Shown here one piece after another: positions 1-14,294 of a DNA stretch of 64,000 nt; within the stretch, counting starts at the first letter, position 1, and every line of letters begins with the position of its first letter. The position numbers were made by a program, and so were the translations under genes. Source of the DNA: Eledone cirrhosa. Its lineage: Eukaryota. The notes under the pieces were generated by a model. That model worked only from the letters and a program-made list of their open reading frames with translations, ran no database searches and was not told the DNA's origin. The stretch covers positions 10,168,001-10,232,000 of the forward strand of contig OZ024759.1 in assembly GCA_964016885.1 (NCBI GenBank), read 5' to 3'.

Positions 1-1616
1 TACCTCTTAACAGAGTGCACTGGGTGCATGTTATCACGACACCAGCGCTACCACTTTACAGAGTGTACTGGGTGTATGTTATCATGGTGCCAGCACTACC
101 TCTTAACAGAGTGCACTGGGTGCATGTTATCATGGTGCCAGCACTACCACTTTACAGAGTGTACTGGGTGTATGTTATCATGGTGCCAGCACTACCTCTT
201 AACAGAGTGCACTGGGTGCATGTTATCACGACACCAGCGCTACCACTTTACAGAGTGCACTGGGTGTATGTTATCATGGTGCCAGCACTACCTCTTAACA
301 GAGTGCACTGGGTGCATGTTATCATGGTGCCAGCACTACCACTTTACAGAGTGTACTGGGTGTATGTTATCATGGTGACAGCACTACCACTTTACAGAGT
401 GTACTGGGTGTATGTTATCATGGTGACAGCACTACCACTTTACAGAGTGTACTGGGTGTATGTTATCATGGTGACAACACTACCACTTTACAGAGTGTAC
501 TGGGTGTATGTTATCATAGTGACAACACTACCACTTTACAGAGTGTACTGGGTGTTTGTTATCATGGTGACAACACTACCACTTTACAGAGTGTACTGGG
601 TGTATGTTATCATAGTGACAACACTACCACTTTACAGAGTGTACTGGGTGTATGTTATCATGGTGACAGCACTACCACTTTACAGAGTGTACTGGGTGTA
701 TGGTATCATGGTGACAGCACTACCACTTTACATAGTGTACTGGGTGTATGGTATCATGGTGCCAGCACTACCACTTTACAGAGTGTACTGGGTGTATGTT
801 ATCATGGTGACAGCACTACCACTTTACAGAGTGTACTGGGTGTATGTTATGGTGACAACACTACCACTTTACAGAGTGTACTGGGTGTATGTTTTCATGG
901 TGACAGCACTACCACTTTACAGAGTGTACTGGGTGTATGTTTTCATGGTGACAGCACTACCACTTTACAGAGTGTACTGGGTGTATGTTATCATGGTGAT
1001 AGCACTACCACTTTACAGAGTGTACTGGGTGTATGTTATCATGGTGACAACACTACCACTTTACAGAGTGTACTGGGTGTATGTTTTCATGGTGACAGCA
1101 CTACCACTTTACAGAGTGTACTGGGTGTATGTTTTCATGGTGACAGCACTACCACTTTAGAGTGTACTGGGTGTATGTTATGGTGACAACACTACCACTT
1201 TACAGAGTGTACTGGGTGTATGTTATCATGGTGACAGCACTACCACTTTACAGAGTGTACTGGGTGTCTGTTATCATGGTGATAGCACTACCACTTTACA
1301 GAGTGTACTGGGTGTATGTTATCATGGTGACAACACTACCACTTTACAGAGTGTACTGGGTGTATGTTTTCATGGTGACAGCACTACCACTTTACAGAGT
1401 GTACTGGGTGTATGTTATCATGGTGACAACACTACCACTTAACAGAGTGGACTAGGAGCATGTCATTGTGACAGCACTACCACTTAACAGAGTGGACTAG
1501 GAGCATGTCATTGTGACAGCACTACCACTTAACAGAGTGGACTAGGAGCATGTCATTGTGACAGCACTACCACTTAACAGAGTGGACTAGGAGTATGTCA
1601 TTGTGACAGCACTACT
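1..1616. repeat. 48-bp minisatellite (45-bp variant from 1441)
   Basis: Unit GAGTGTACTGGGTGTATGTTATCATGGTGACAGCACTACCACTTTACA, about 30 copies. Related to the arrays at 17.7 kb and 59-60 kb. Confidence 0.95.
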
Positions 1617-1673
1617 AGGGGGGGATCTTATACCCACGGCAGGACAAGTAAATTCTAATAAAGAGACCCTTAC

Positions 1674-1761
1674 CCAAAACAGCACAGGTGACATCGGTCC
1701 TATTTCTGTTCCTGATGTAAGCTGACACAATTGATACTGATGGTAAAATAGTTACAATGAT
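1674..1761 (-). CDS. PLPP4/5-like phospholipid phosphatase, coding exon 3
   Basis: ttttccag|ATC...TTG G|gtaagg; 88 nt, phase 0 to 1. Encodes IIVTILPSVSIVSAYIRNRNRTDVTCAVL, which matches the second TM segment of PPAPDC1 and is in frame with exon 2. Confidence 0.85.
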
Positions 1762-1829
1762 CTGGAAAACATAGAAATACAGAGATTAGTGGGGATTGTG
1801 GTTTATATGGGACCATATCTAGATATAAA

Positions 1830-2372
1830 GCACTCACTAGACTGTGGCCAGGCTGGGGCACCACATTCTTTTACAGATTTCACTCACTAGACTGTGGCCA
1901 GGCTGGGGCACCATCTTCTTTTACAGATTTCACTCACTAGACTGTGGCCAGGCTGGGGCACCACATTCTTTCACTGGTTTCAGTCACTAGACTGTGGCCA
2001 TGCTGGAGCACCACATTCTTTCACTGGTTTCAGTCACTAGACTGTGGCCATGCTGGGGCACCACATTCTTTCACTGGTTTCAGACATTAGATTGTGGCCA
2101 TGCTGGGGCACCACATTCTTTCACTGGTTTCAGTCACTAGACTATGGCCATGCTGGGGCACCACATTCTTTCACTGGTTTCAATCACTAGACTGTGGCCA
2201 TACTGGGACACTACATTCTTCTATTGGCTTCAGACATTAGACTGTGGCCATGCTGGAGCACCACATTCTTTCACTGGCTTCAGACACTAGACAGTGGCCA
2301 TTCTGGGGCACCACAGTTATTTTTTAAATTCTTTTATTGGTTTCAGTCATTAGACTGCGGCCATGCTGGGGC
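1830..2372. repeat. 50-bp minisatellite
   Basis: Unit CACTAGACTGTGGCCATGCTGGGGCACCACATTCTTTCACTGGTTTCAGT, about 11 copies. Confidence 0.9.
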
Positions 2373-2483
2373 AATGTACACAGTATGACTGAACATGAAA
2401 GCATGTGAATGTGAATTAGTGAAAGCAGTACAAAGAGAGAGAACAGGAGTAGATACAAAAATACTGAAATTTGAAAAACGAAC

Positions 2484-2589
2484 CCATAAAAATTTCACCG
2501 GTATATAACTAGGAGTTTCAGGATTCTTGTATAGCCATAATTCTTCAGTTTGGATATGTCTTTCAAAGGGTTTCAGGTTATCTGTGTAT
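2484..2589 (-). CDS. PLPP4/5-like phospholipid phosphatase, coding exon 2
   Basis: ttctag|A TAC...TGG|gttcgt; 106 nt, phase 2 to 0. YTDNLKPFERHIQTEELWLYKNP matches PLPP4/5 'PFQRVIQPEEIWLYKNP'. Confidence 0.92.
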
Positions 2590-2712
2590 CTAGAACAATA
2601 AATATACAAATATTACAATTGAATTAACAAACAAATAATATATAATAAAAAAGATGATCAGTAGATCGGACCAAGGAAACTATGTTTCCTTTGGTCTGTC
2701 CGTTACTGAATT

Positions 2713-3134
2713 GAGGAAACTATGTTTCTATTGGTCTGATACTATCTATTGCTGATACTGTCTGTCTGTCTGTCTGTCTGTCACATCTCACAGAAACAAG
2801 ATTGGATCAAGGAAACTATGTTTCTATTGGTCTGATACTATCTATTGCTGATACTGTCTGTCTGTCTGTCTGTCTGTCACATCTCACAGAAACAAGATTG
2901 GATCAAGGAAACTATGTTTCTATTGGTCTGATACTGTCTATTGCTGATACTGTCTGTCTGTCTGTCTGTCACATCTCACAGAAACAAGATTGGATCAAGG
3001 AAACTATGTTTCTATTGGTTTGATACTATCTATTGCTGATACTGTCTGTCTGTCTGTCTGTCACATCTCACAGAAACAAGATTGGATCAAGGAAGCTATG
3101 TTTCTATTGGTCTGATACTATCTATTGCTGATAC

Positions 3135-3166
<32 letters not shown>

Positions 3167-4266
3167 ACATCTCACAGAAACAAGATTGGATCAAGGAAAC
3201 TATGTTTCTATTGGTCTGATACTATCTATTGCTGATACTGTCTGTCTGTCTGTCTGTCACATCTCACAGAAACAAGATTGGATCAAGGAAACTATGTTTC
3301 TATTGGTCTGATACTGTCTATTGCTGATACTGTCTGTCTGTCTGTCACATCTCACAGAAACAAGATTGGATCAAGGAAACTATGTTTCTATTGGTTTGAT
3401 ACTATCTATTGCTGATACTGTCTGTCTGTCTGTCTGTCTGTCACATCTCACAGAAACAAGATTGGATCAAGGAAGCTATGTTTCTATTGGTCTGATACTA
3501 TCTATTGCTGATACTGTCTGTCTGTCTGTCTGTCTGTCACATCTCACAGAAACAAGATTGGATCAAGGAAGCTATGTTTCTATTGGTCTGATACTATCTA
3601 TTGCTGATACTGTCTGTCTGTCTGTCTGTCTGTCACATCTCACAGAAACAAGATTGGATCAAGGAAACTATGTTTCTATTGGTCTGATACTATCTATTGC
3701 TGATACTGTCTGTCTGTCTGTCTGTCACATCTCACAGAAACAAGATTGGATCAAGGAAACTATGTTTCTATTGGTCTGATACTGTCTATTGCTGATACTG
3801 TCTGTCTGTCTGTCTGTCACATCTCACAGAAACAAGATTGGATCAAGGAAACTATGTTTCTATTGGTTTGATACTATCTATTGCTGATACTGTCTGTCTG
3901 TCTGTCTGTCTGTCACATCTCACAGAAACAAGATTGGATCAAGGAAGCTATGTTTCTATTGATCTGATACTATCTATTGCTGATACTGTCTGTCTGTCTG
4001 TCTGTCTGTCACATCTCACAGAAACAAGATTGGATCAAGGAAGCTATGTTTCTATTGGTCTGATACTATCTATTGCTGATACTGTCTGTCTGTCTGTCTG
4101 TCACATCTCACAGAAACAAGATTGGATCAAGGAAACTATGTTTCTATTGGTCTGATACTATCTATTGCTGATACTGTCTGTCTGTCTGTCTGTCACATCT
4201 CACAGAAACAAGATTGGATCAAGGAAACTATGTTTCTATTGGTCTGATACTGTCTATTGCTGATAC

Positions 4267-4302
<36 letters not shown>

Positions 4303-7300
4303 ACATCTCACAGAAACAAGATTGGATCAAGGAAACTATGTTTCTATTGGTCTGATACTGTCTATTGCTGATACTGTCTGTCTGTCTGTCTGTCTGTCAC
4401 ATCTCACAGAAACAAGATTGGATCAAGGAAACTATGTTTCTATTGGTCTGATACTATCTATTGCTGATACTGTCTGTCTGTCTGTCTGTCACATCTCACA
4501 GAAACAAGATTGGATCAAGGAAACTATGTTTCTATTGGTCTGATACTGTCTATTGCTGATACTGTCTGTCTGTCTGTCTGTCTGTCTGTCACATCTCACA
4601 GAAACAAGATTGGATCAAGGAAACTATGTTTCTATTGGTCTGATACTATCTACTGCTGATACTGTCTGTCTGTCTGTCTGTCTGTCACATCTCACAGAAA
4701 CAAGATTGGATCAAGGAAACTATGTTTCTATTGGTCTGATACTATCTATTGCTGATACTGTCTGTCTGTCTGTCTGTCTGTCACATCTCACAGAAACAAG
4801 ATTGGATCAAGGAAACTATGTTTCTATTGGTCTGATACTGTCTATTGCTGATACTGTCTGTCTGTCTGTCTGTCAGTCTGTCACATCTCACAGAAACAAG
4901 ATTGGATCAAGGAAACTATGTTTCTATTGGTCTGATACTATCTATTGCTGATACTGTCTGTCTGTCTGTCACATCTCACAGAAACAAGATTGGATCAAGG
5001 AAACTATGTTTCTATTGGTCTGATACTGTCTATTGCTGATACTGTCTGTCTGTCTGTCTGTCTGTCTGTCACATCTCACAGAAACAAGATTGGATCAAGG
5101 AAACTATGTTTCTATTGGTCTGATACTATCTATTGCTGATACTGTCTGTCTGTCTGTCTGTCTGTCACATCTCACAGAAACAAGATTGGATCAAGGAAAC
5201 TATGTTTCTATTGGTCTGATACTATCTATTGCTGATACTGTCTGTCTGTCTGTCTGTCACATCTCACAGAAACAAGATTGGATCAAGGAAACTATGTTTC
5301 TATTGGTCTGATACTGTCTATTGCTGATACTGTCTGTCTGTCTGTCACATCTCACAGAAACAAGATTGGATCAAGGAAACTATGTTTCTATTGGTTTGAT
5401 ACTATCTATTGCTGATACTGTCTGTCTGTGTGTCTGTCTGTCACATCTCACAGAAACAAGATTGGATCAAGGAAGCTATGTTTCTATTGGTCTGATACTA
5501 TCTATTGCTGATACTGTCTGTCTGTCTGTCTGTCTGTCACATCTCACAGAAACAAGATTGGATCAAGGAAGCTATGTTTCTATTGGTCTGATACTATCTA
5601 TTGCTGATACTGTCTGTCTGTCTGTCTGTCTGTCACATCTCACAGAAACAAGATTGGATCAAGGAAACTATGTTTCTATTGGTCTGATACTATCTATTGC
5701 TGATACTGTCTGTCTGTCTGTCTGTCACATCTCACAGAAACAAGATTGGATCAAGGAAACTATGTTTCTATTGGTCTGATACTGTCTATTGCTGATACTG
5801 TCTGTCTGTCTGTCTGTCACATCTCACAGAAACAAGATTGGATCAAGGAAACTATGTTTCTATTGGTTTGATACTATCTATTGCTGATACTGTCTGTCTG
5901 TCTGTCTGTCACATCTCACAGAAACAAGATTGGATCAAGGAAGCTATGTTTCTATTGGTCTGATACTATCTATTGCTGATACTGTCTGTCTGTCTGTCTG
6001 TCTGCCACATCTCACAGAAACAAGATTGGATCAAGGAAGCTATGTTTCTATTGGTCTGATACTGTCTATTGCTGATACTGTCTGTCTGTCTGTCTGTCAC
6101 ATCTCACAGAAACAAGATTGGATCAAGGAAACTATGTTTCTATTGGTCTGATACTATCTATTGCTGATACTGTCTGTCTGTCTGTCTGTCACATCTCACA
6201 GAAACAAGATTGGATCAAGGAAACTATGTTTCTATTGGTCTGATACTGTCTATTGCTGATACTGTCTGTCTGTCTGTCACATCTCACAGAAACAAGATTG
6301 GATCAAGGAAACTATGTTTCTATTGGTTTGATACTATCTATTGCTGATACTGTCTGTCTGTCTGTCTGTCTGTCACATCTCACAGAAACAAGATTGGATC
6401 AAGGAAGCTATGTTTCTATTGGTCTGATACTATCTATTGCTGATACTGTCTGTCTGTCTGTCTGTCTGTCACATCTCACAGAAACAAGATTGGATCAAGG
6501 AAGCTATGTTTCTATTGGTCTGATACTATCTATTGCTGATACTGTCTGTCTGTCTGTCTGTCTGCCACATCTCACAGAAACAAGATTGGATCAAGGAAAC
6601 TATGTTTCTATTGGTCTGATACTATCTATTGCTGATACTGTCTGTCTGTCTGTCTGTCACATCTCACAGAAACAAGATTGGATCAAGGAAACTATGTTTC
6701 TATTGGTCTGATACTGTCTATTGCTGATACTGTCTGTCTGTCTGTCTGTCACATCTCACAGAAACAAGATTGGATCAAGGAAACTATGTTTCTATTGGTT
6801 TGATACTATCTATTGCTGATACTGTCTGTCTGTCTGTCTGTCTGTCACATCTCACAGAAACAAGATTGGATCAAGGAAGCTATGTTTCTATTGATCTGAT
6901 ACTATCTATTGCTGATACTGTCTGTCTGTCTGTCTGTCTGTCACATCTCACAGAAACAAGATTGGATCAAGGAAGCTATGTTTCTATTGGTCTGATACTA
7001 TCTATTGCTGATACTGTCTGTCTGTCTGTCTGTCACATCTCACAGAAACAAGATTGGATCAAGGAAACTATGTTTCTATTGGTCTGATACCATCTATTGC
7101 TGATACTGTCTGTCTGTCTGTCTGTCACATCTCACAGAAACAAGATTGGATCAAGGAAACTATGTTTCTATTGGTCTGATACTGTCTATTGCTGATACTG
7201 TCTGTCTGTCTGTCTGTCACATCTCACAGAAACAAGATTGGATCAAGGAAACTATGTTTCTATTGGTCTGATACTATCTATTGCTGATACTGTCTGTCTG

Positions 7301-7482
7301 TCTGTCTGTCTGTCACATCTCACAGAAACAAGATTGGATCAAGGAAACTATGTTTCTATTGATCTGATACTATCTATTGCTGATACTGTCTGTCTGTCTG
7401 TCTGTCTGTCACATCTCACAGAAACAAGATTGGATCAAGGAAACTATGTTTCTATTGGTCTGATACTGTCTATTGCTGATAC

Positions 7483-7522
<40 letters not shown>

Positions 7523-10500
7523 ACATCTCACAGAAACAAGATTGGATCAAGGAAACTATGTTTCTATTGATCTGATACTATCTATTGCTGATACTGTCTG
7601 TCTGTCTGTCACATCTCACAGAAACAAGATTGGATCAAGGAAACTATGTTTCTATTGGTCTGATACTATCTATTGCTGATACTATCTGTCTGTCTGTCTG
7701 TCTGTCACATCTCACAGAAACAAGATTGGATCAAGGAAACTATGTTTCTATTGATCTGATACTGTCTATTGCTGATACTGTCTGTCTGTCTGTCTGTCTG
7801 TCTGACACATCTCACAGAAACAAGATTGGATCAAGGAAACTATGTTTCTATTGGTCTGATACTATCTATTGCTGATACTGTCTGTCTGTCTGTCTGTCTG
7901 TCTGTCACATCTCACAGAAACAAGATTAGATCAAGGAAACTATGTTTCTATTGGTCTGATACTATCTATTGCTGATACTGTCTGTCTGTCTGTCTGTCAC
8001 ATCTCACAGAAACAAGATTGGATCAAGGAAACTATGTTTCTATTGATCTGATACTGTCTATTGCTGATACTGTCTGTCTGTCTGTCTGTCTGTCACATCT
8101 CACAGAAACAAGATTGGATCAAGGAAACTATGTTTCTATTGGTCTGATACTATCTATTGCTGATACTGTCTGTCTGTCTGTCTGTCACATCTCACAGAAA
8201 CAAGATTAGATCAAGGAAACTATGTTTCTATTGGTCTGATACTATCTATTGCTGATACTGTCTGTCTGTCTGTCTGTCTGTCACATCTCACAGAAACAAG
8301 ATTGGATCAAGGAAACTATGTTTCTATTGGTCTGATACTATCTATTGCTGATATTGTCTGTCTGTCACATCTCACAGAAACAAGATTGGATCAAGGAAAC
8401 TATGTTTCTATTGGTCTGATACTATCTATTGCTGATACTGTCTGTCTGTCTGTCTGTCTGTCACATCTCACAGAAACAAGATTGGATCAAGGAAACTATG
8501 TTTCTATTGATCTGATACTGTCTATTGCTGGTACTGTCTGTCTGTCTGTCTGTCTGTCACATCTCACAGAAACAAGATTGGATCAAGGAAACTATGTTTC
8601 TATTGGTCTGATACTATCTATTGCTGATACTGTCTGTCTGTCTGTCACATCTCACAGAAACAAGATTGGATCAAGGAAACTATGTTTCTATTGGTCTGAT
8701 ACTATCTACTGCTGATACTGTCTGTCTGTCTGTCTGTCTGTCACATTTTACAGAAACAAGATTGGATCAAGGAAACTATGTTTCTATTGGTCTGATACTA
8801 TCTATTGCTGATACTGTCTGTCTGTCTGTCTGTCACATCTCACAGAAACAAGATTGGATCAAGGAAACTATGTTTCTATTGGTCTGATACTATCTATTGC
8901 TGATACTGTCTGTCTGTCTGTCTGTCACATCTCACAGAAACAAGATTGGATCAAGGAAACTATGTTTCTATTGGTCTGATACTGTCTATTGCTGATACTG
9001 TCTGTCTGTCTGTCTGTCTGTCTGTCACATCTCACAGAAACAAGATTGGATCAAGGAAACTATGTTTCTATTGGTCTGATACTATCTATTGCTGATACTG
9101 TCTGTCTGTCTGTCTGTCACATCTCACAGAAACAAGATTGGATCAAGGAAACTATGTTTCTATTGGTCTGATACTGTCTATTGCTGATACTGTCTGTCTG
9201 TCTGTCACATCTCACAGAAACAAGATTGGATCAAGGAAACTATGTTTCTATTGGTCTGATACTATCTATTGCTGATACTGTCTGTCTGTCTGTCACATCT
9301 CACAGGAACAAGATTGGATCAAGGAAACTATGTTTCTATTGGTCTGATACTATCTATTGCTGATACTGTCTGTCTGTCTGTCTGTCTGTCACATCTCACA
9401 GGAACAAGATTGGATCAAGGAAACTATGTTTCTATTGGTCTGATACTATCTATTGCTGATACTGTCTGTCTGTCTGTCTGTCTGTCACATCTCACAGAAA
9501 CAAGATTGGATCAAGGAAACTATGTTTCTATTGGTCTGATACTATCTATTGCTGATACTGTCTGTCTGTCTGTCACATCTCACAGAAACAAGATTGGATC
9601 AAGGAAACTATGTTTCTATTGGTCTGATACTATCTATTGCTGATACTGTCTGTCTGTCTGTCACATCTCACAGAAACAAGATTGGATCAAGGAAACTATG
9701 TTTCTATTGGTCTGATACTGTCTATTGCTGATACTGTCTGTCTGTCTGTCTGTCACATCTCACAGAAACAAGATTGGATCAAGGAAACTATGTTTCTATT
9801 GATCTGATACTATCTATTTCTGATACTGTCTGTCTGTCTGTCTGTCTGTCACATCTCACAGAAACAAGATTGGATCAAGGAAACTATGTTTCTATTGGTC
9901 TGATACTATCTATTGCTGATACTGTCTGTCTGTCACATCTCACAGAAACAAGATTGGATCAAGGAAACTATGTTTCTATTGGTCTGATACTATCTATTGC
10001 TGATACTGTCTGTCTGTCTGTCTGTCACATTTCACAGAAACAAGATTGGATCAAGGAAACTATGTTTCTATTGGTCTGATACTATCTATTGCTGATACTG
10101 TCTGTCTGTCTGTCACATCTCACAGGAACAAGATTGGATCAAGGAAACTATGTTTCTATTGGTCTGATACTATCTATTGCTGATACTGTCTGTCTGTCTG
10201 TCTGACACATTTCACAGAAACAAGATTGGATCAAGGAAACTATGTTTCTATTGGTCTGATACTGTCTATTGCTGATACTGTCTGTCTGTCTGTCACACCT
10301 CACAGAAACAAGATTGGATCAAGGAAACTATGTTTCTATTGATCTGATACTATCTATTGCTGATACTGTCTGTCTGTCTGTCTGTCTGTCTGTCACATCT
10401 CACAGAAACAAGATTGGATCAAGGAAACTATGTTTCTATTGGTCTGATACTATCTATTGCTGATACTGTCTGTCTGTCTGTCTGTCACATTTCACAGAAA

Positions 10501-11862
10501 CAAGATTGGATCAAGGAAACTATGTTTCTATTGGTCTGATACTATCTATTGCTGATACTGTCTGTCTGTCTGTCACATCTCACAGAAACAAGATTGGATC
10601 AAGGAAACTATGTTTCTATTGATCTGATACTATCTATTGCTGATACTGTCTGTCTGTCTGTCTGTCACACCTCACAGAAACAAGATTGGATCAAGGAACC
10701 TATGTTTCTATTGATCTGATACTATCTATTGCTGATACTGTCTGTCTGTCTGTCACACCTCACAGAAACAAGATTGGATCAAGGAAACTATGTTTCTATT
10801 GGTCTGATACTATCTATTGCTGATACTGTCTGTCACATCTCACAGAAACAAGATTGGATCAAGGAAACTATGTTTCTATTGATCTGATACTATCTATTGC
10901 TGATACTGTCTGTCTGTCTGTCTGTCACATCTCACAGAAACAAGATTGGATCAAGGAAACTATGTTTCTATTGATCTGATACTATCTATTGCTGATACTG
11001 TCTGTCTGTCTGTCTGTCTGTCACATCTCACAGAAACAAGATTGGATCAAGGAAACTATGTTTCTATTGGTCTGATACTATCTATTGCTGATACTGTCTG
11101 TCTGTCTGTCTGTCACATCTCACAGAAACAAGATTGGATCAAGGAAACTATGTTTCTATTGGTCTGATACTATCTACTGCTGATACTGTGTGTCTGTCTG
11201 TCTGTCTGTCACATTTCACAGAAACAAGATTGGATCAAGGAAACTATGTTTCTATTGGTCTGATACTATCTATTGCTGATACTGTCTGTCTGTCTGTCTG
11301 TCACATCTCACAGAAACAAGATTGGATCAAGGAAACTATGTTTCTATTGGTCTGATACTATCTATTGCTGATACTGTCTGTCTGTCTGTCAGTCACATCT
11401 CACAGAAACAAGATTGGATCAAGGAAACTATGTTTCTATTGGTCTGATACTATCTATTGCTGATACTGTCTGTCTGTCTGTCTGTCTGTCACATCTCACA
11501 GAAACAAGATTGGATCAAGGAAACTATGTTTCTATTGATCTGATACTATCTATTGCTGATACTGTCTGTCTGTCTGTCACATCTCACAGAAACAAGATTG
11601 GATCATGGAAACTATGTTTCTATTGGTCTGATACTATCTATTGCTGATACTGTCTGTCTGTCTGTCTGTCTGTCACATCTCACAGAAACAAGATTGGATC
11701 AAGGAAACTATGTTTCTATTGATCTGATACTATCTACTGCTGATACTGTCTGTCTGTCTGTCTGTCTGTCACATCTCACAGAAACAAGATTGGATCAAGG
11801 AAACTATGTTTCTATTGGTCTGATACTATCTATTGCTGATACTGTCTGTCTGTCTGTCACAC
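2713..11862. repeat. ~9.1-kb satellite, ~80-110-bp unit with variable internal (TCTG)n
   Basis: Constant part CACATCTCACAGAAACAAGATTGGATCAAGGAAACTATGTTTCTATTGGTCTGATACTATCTATTGCTGATAC plus (TGTC)n; about 100 copies in a PLPP intron. Confidence 0.97.
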
Positions 11863-12057
11863 CTCCTGGCAGGAAGAAGAAGAGATGATGGTCAGAAACA
11901 CCTTACAATATTTTCATTGGTCCATCTATTGCTGATATTGTTTGTCAGTCACATCTCCTGTCAGAAAAGAGATTGAACCAAGAAAACTATATTTTCACTG
12001 GTCAGTCCATTGCTGATACTGTCTGTCAGTTTTAACTCTTGGCAGAAAAAAGATTAT

Positions 12058-12446
12058 CCCTTTAGCATTTAAACTGGTCATATCCAGCCAGAATTCTCTC
12101 ACCTCTTTTTGTTCAAACAAGCCACTCATACTGATGTTAAGGTATTGATCTCAAAATATATATCAAAATTTTGTAGATTCAATATTATGTTAGATAATTA
12201 TGTGACATAAAGAGTTTACCTTCAAAATACAATAGTATATATAGAGTAATTGTTTCTACTTTAGGCACAAAGCCAGTAATTACCCAGTTCATTACTGGTA
12301 CTTTATTTTATCGACCCCGTAAGGATGAAAGGCAAAGTCAACCTCGGCGGGATTTGAACTCAGATTGTAAAGGGACGTAACTATGCTGGAAAGCATGGCG
12401 TCCGACCTCTACCGATACTGCCAAGAGTAATGTAAATACAAAAGGG
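12058..12446. mobile_element. piggyBac-like MITE interrupted by a SINE
   Basis: CCCTTTAGCATTTA...AAAGGG|TTAA ends. SINE inserted at ~12250-12424 with an AGAGTAAT duplication. Confidence 0.7.
12250..12424 (-). mobile_element. tRNA-derived SINE family A
   Basis: Reverse strand has A box TGGCAGTATCGG, B box GTTCAAATC and body TTTCATCCTTACGGGGTCGATAAAATAAAGTACCAGT. Other copies near 33128, 36044, 51225, 51400, 52697, 53228, 53430 and 55360. Confidence 0.85.
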
Positions 12447-12478
12447 TTAAAGCAATACTGAATAACATTTCAACTTAC

Positions 12479-12543
12479 AAATATAATAAAAAGAAGAGAA
12501 TACGGAAAAGTACTTCTGCCCCAAAGCTCTCCAAATACTTCAT
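12479..12543 (-). CDS. PLPP4/5-like phospholipid phosphatase, coding exon 1 (exon spans 12479-12555)
   Basis: atacag|GGCCAAGAAGAA ATG...TT|gtaagt. MKYLESFGAEVLFRILFFLLY resembles the PLPP5 N-terminus 'FGAELGVRLALFAAF'. Phase 2 matches the next exon. Confidence 0.88.
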
Positions 12544-12952
12544 TTCTTCTTGGCCCTGTATTATAAAGAATTTAATTCAGTATAGCTTATCAAAACAAAT
12601 TAAAAATCATATTCACACACCAAACAAAAGAAGTCATAAAATCTTTCTTTACTGTATTTCTAATGAAAATACTGTATATGTGTTTCAAATACTTGGAAAT
12701 AATCAGGAATTTGGGGGGGATTTAGTAAAATAACTAACTTTCTCGTTATTAAGATGGCATTTAGGTTATAACATGACAAAGGTTCTTATATAAAATTATG
12801 ATGGAAGGTTTTTAGATATGCAGGCCTACAAACCATCTGAGAGAGCAGTAGTCCTGCTTGAAGACTGGCAAGGTCTGTGAAAACCTGTCCAGCCCTTGAT
12901 AGCAGGAAAAACAGACATTACATTATGATGATAATGATCATATACACTTTAA

Positions 12953-13156
12953 CCCTTTAGCATTTAAACCGGCCAGAATTCTCTCACCTCTTTCTGTTTG
13001 AACCGGCTGTAACCGGCCAGTAATACTGATGTTCAGGTATTGCTCTCAAAACATAATATCAAAATCTCATAGATTTGATGTGAGACAATTATGTGAGATA
13101 AAGCTTTTACTGTGAAAATATAATAGTAAATATAGAGTAATATAAATGTTAAAGGG
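12953..13156. mobile_element. piggyBac-like MITE
   Basis: TTAA on both sides; TIRs CCCTTTAGCATTTA / TAAATGTTAAAGGG. Confidence 0.8.
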
Positions 13157-13585
13157 TTAAACTAATCAATTTTATATCATAAAACCAGGGATGGTTTGAG
13201 GAAATTTGGTATTAAAGGGTTAACAAAGGTTCCTACATAAAATTATGATGGAAGGTCTTTAGATAAATATAAGCACTTTAAAATAAACAGTTTTGTATCA
13301 AAGAACCAGGAGAGGTTTCAGGAAGTTGGGTATCTAAAAGGTTAAAACATTCACATTTTAACCTTTTTGTGACTATATTTCTAATGAAATACTTTATAGT
13401 TCAATTTATGGTGTGACCCTTATATATAGGGGCCATATGTGTAATAAGTGGGTTTATCCAGTGAATAAGTAGTTGTAGGACAACAGATGGAGCTACCTAA
13501 GATTAGTGAAGAGTGGGGCTACTTCTCTTTAAATAATGTTGTAATACTTTGACACACATACAGACGTGTGTGTGTGTGTATATAT

Positions 13586-13618
<33 letters not shown>

Positions 13619-13699
13619 GGTGAAGAGTCAGGACCTTGACGGCTGAGTTCTGGCCGTTTTGGCAGTTAGATCCAAACTCAGCCACCATATATATATATA

Positions 13700-14027
13700 T
13701 ATCATCATCATCAATCATTTTACGTCCGCTTTTCCCTGCTTGCAAGGGTGGGACGGGAACTGATTCTGGCTTGATTTCTACAGCTGGATGCCCTTCCTAA
13801 CACCAACCTCATTTACAGTGAGTGCTGGGTGCTTTTTTGCCGTGGCACCTCCACGACCACTTTGCAGTGGAATGATAGGGACCCCAGTCCTTATCATCTC
13901 ATTTCTACAGCTGAGTAAACTGGAGCAATGTGAAATAAAGTGTCTTGCTCAAGGAAACAACACATCACCCTGTCTAAGAATTGAACTCACGACCTTTCGA
14001 TTGAAAGGCCAATGCTTTAACCACTAC
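13700..14027 (-). mobile_element. tRNA/CORE-like SINE family B with RTE-type tail
   Basis: B box GTTCAATTC, CORE-like TTGAGCAAGACACTTTATTTCAC, tail ending ...GGACGTAAAA(TGA)n. Copies at 52149(+), 55628(-), 59125(-), 60800(-). Confidence 0.85.
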
Positions 14028-14202
14028 ATATTCAATTTGTTGTTAATTCAACAAATATAAATGTTTATAACTGATTCAGATCACTCAAACCTCATTTGCA
14101 TATTCATATTAATAATTTTAAATATCTAGTTTTTTCTCTTCCCGTCACTTTCCATTAAGGTATATTATCCTTGGTTATGTCAAATATTTATAAAGCATTT
14201 TG

Positions 14203-14263
14203 TATTTTATCTGATGAGAGCGTACCAAAATTTTGGTACTCTTGAAATATATATAATACAATA
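14203..14263 (+). ncRNA. type-I hammerhead ribozyme motif
   Basis: TATTTTAT-CTGATGA-stem II (GTACCAAAA/TTTTGGTAC)-GAAA-TATATA-TA-ATACAATA. Confidence 0.7.
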
Positions 14264-14294
14264 TGGTTTTATAAACATTATTTAATATCATTGT

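Noticed and set aside
15-1455. 381-aa and similar periodic ORFs (also 22286, 46040, 48213, 49032, 61993, 62111)
   Set aside because: Translations of tandem repeats whose unit length is a multiple of 3; no splice or homology support.
2713-11862. CRISPR-like repeat/spacer appearance
   Set aside because: The variable part is only (TCTG)n length, not unique spacers; no cas genes; lies in a eukaryotic intron.
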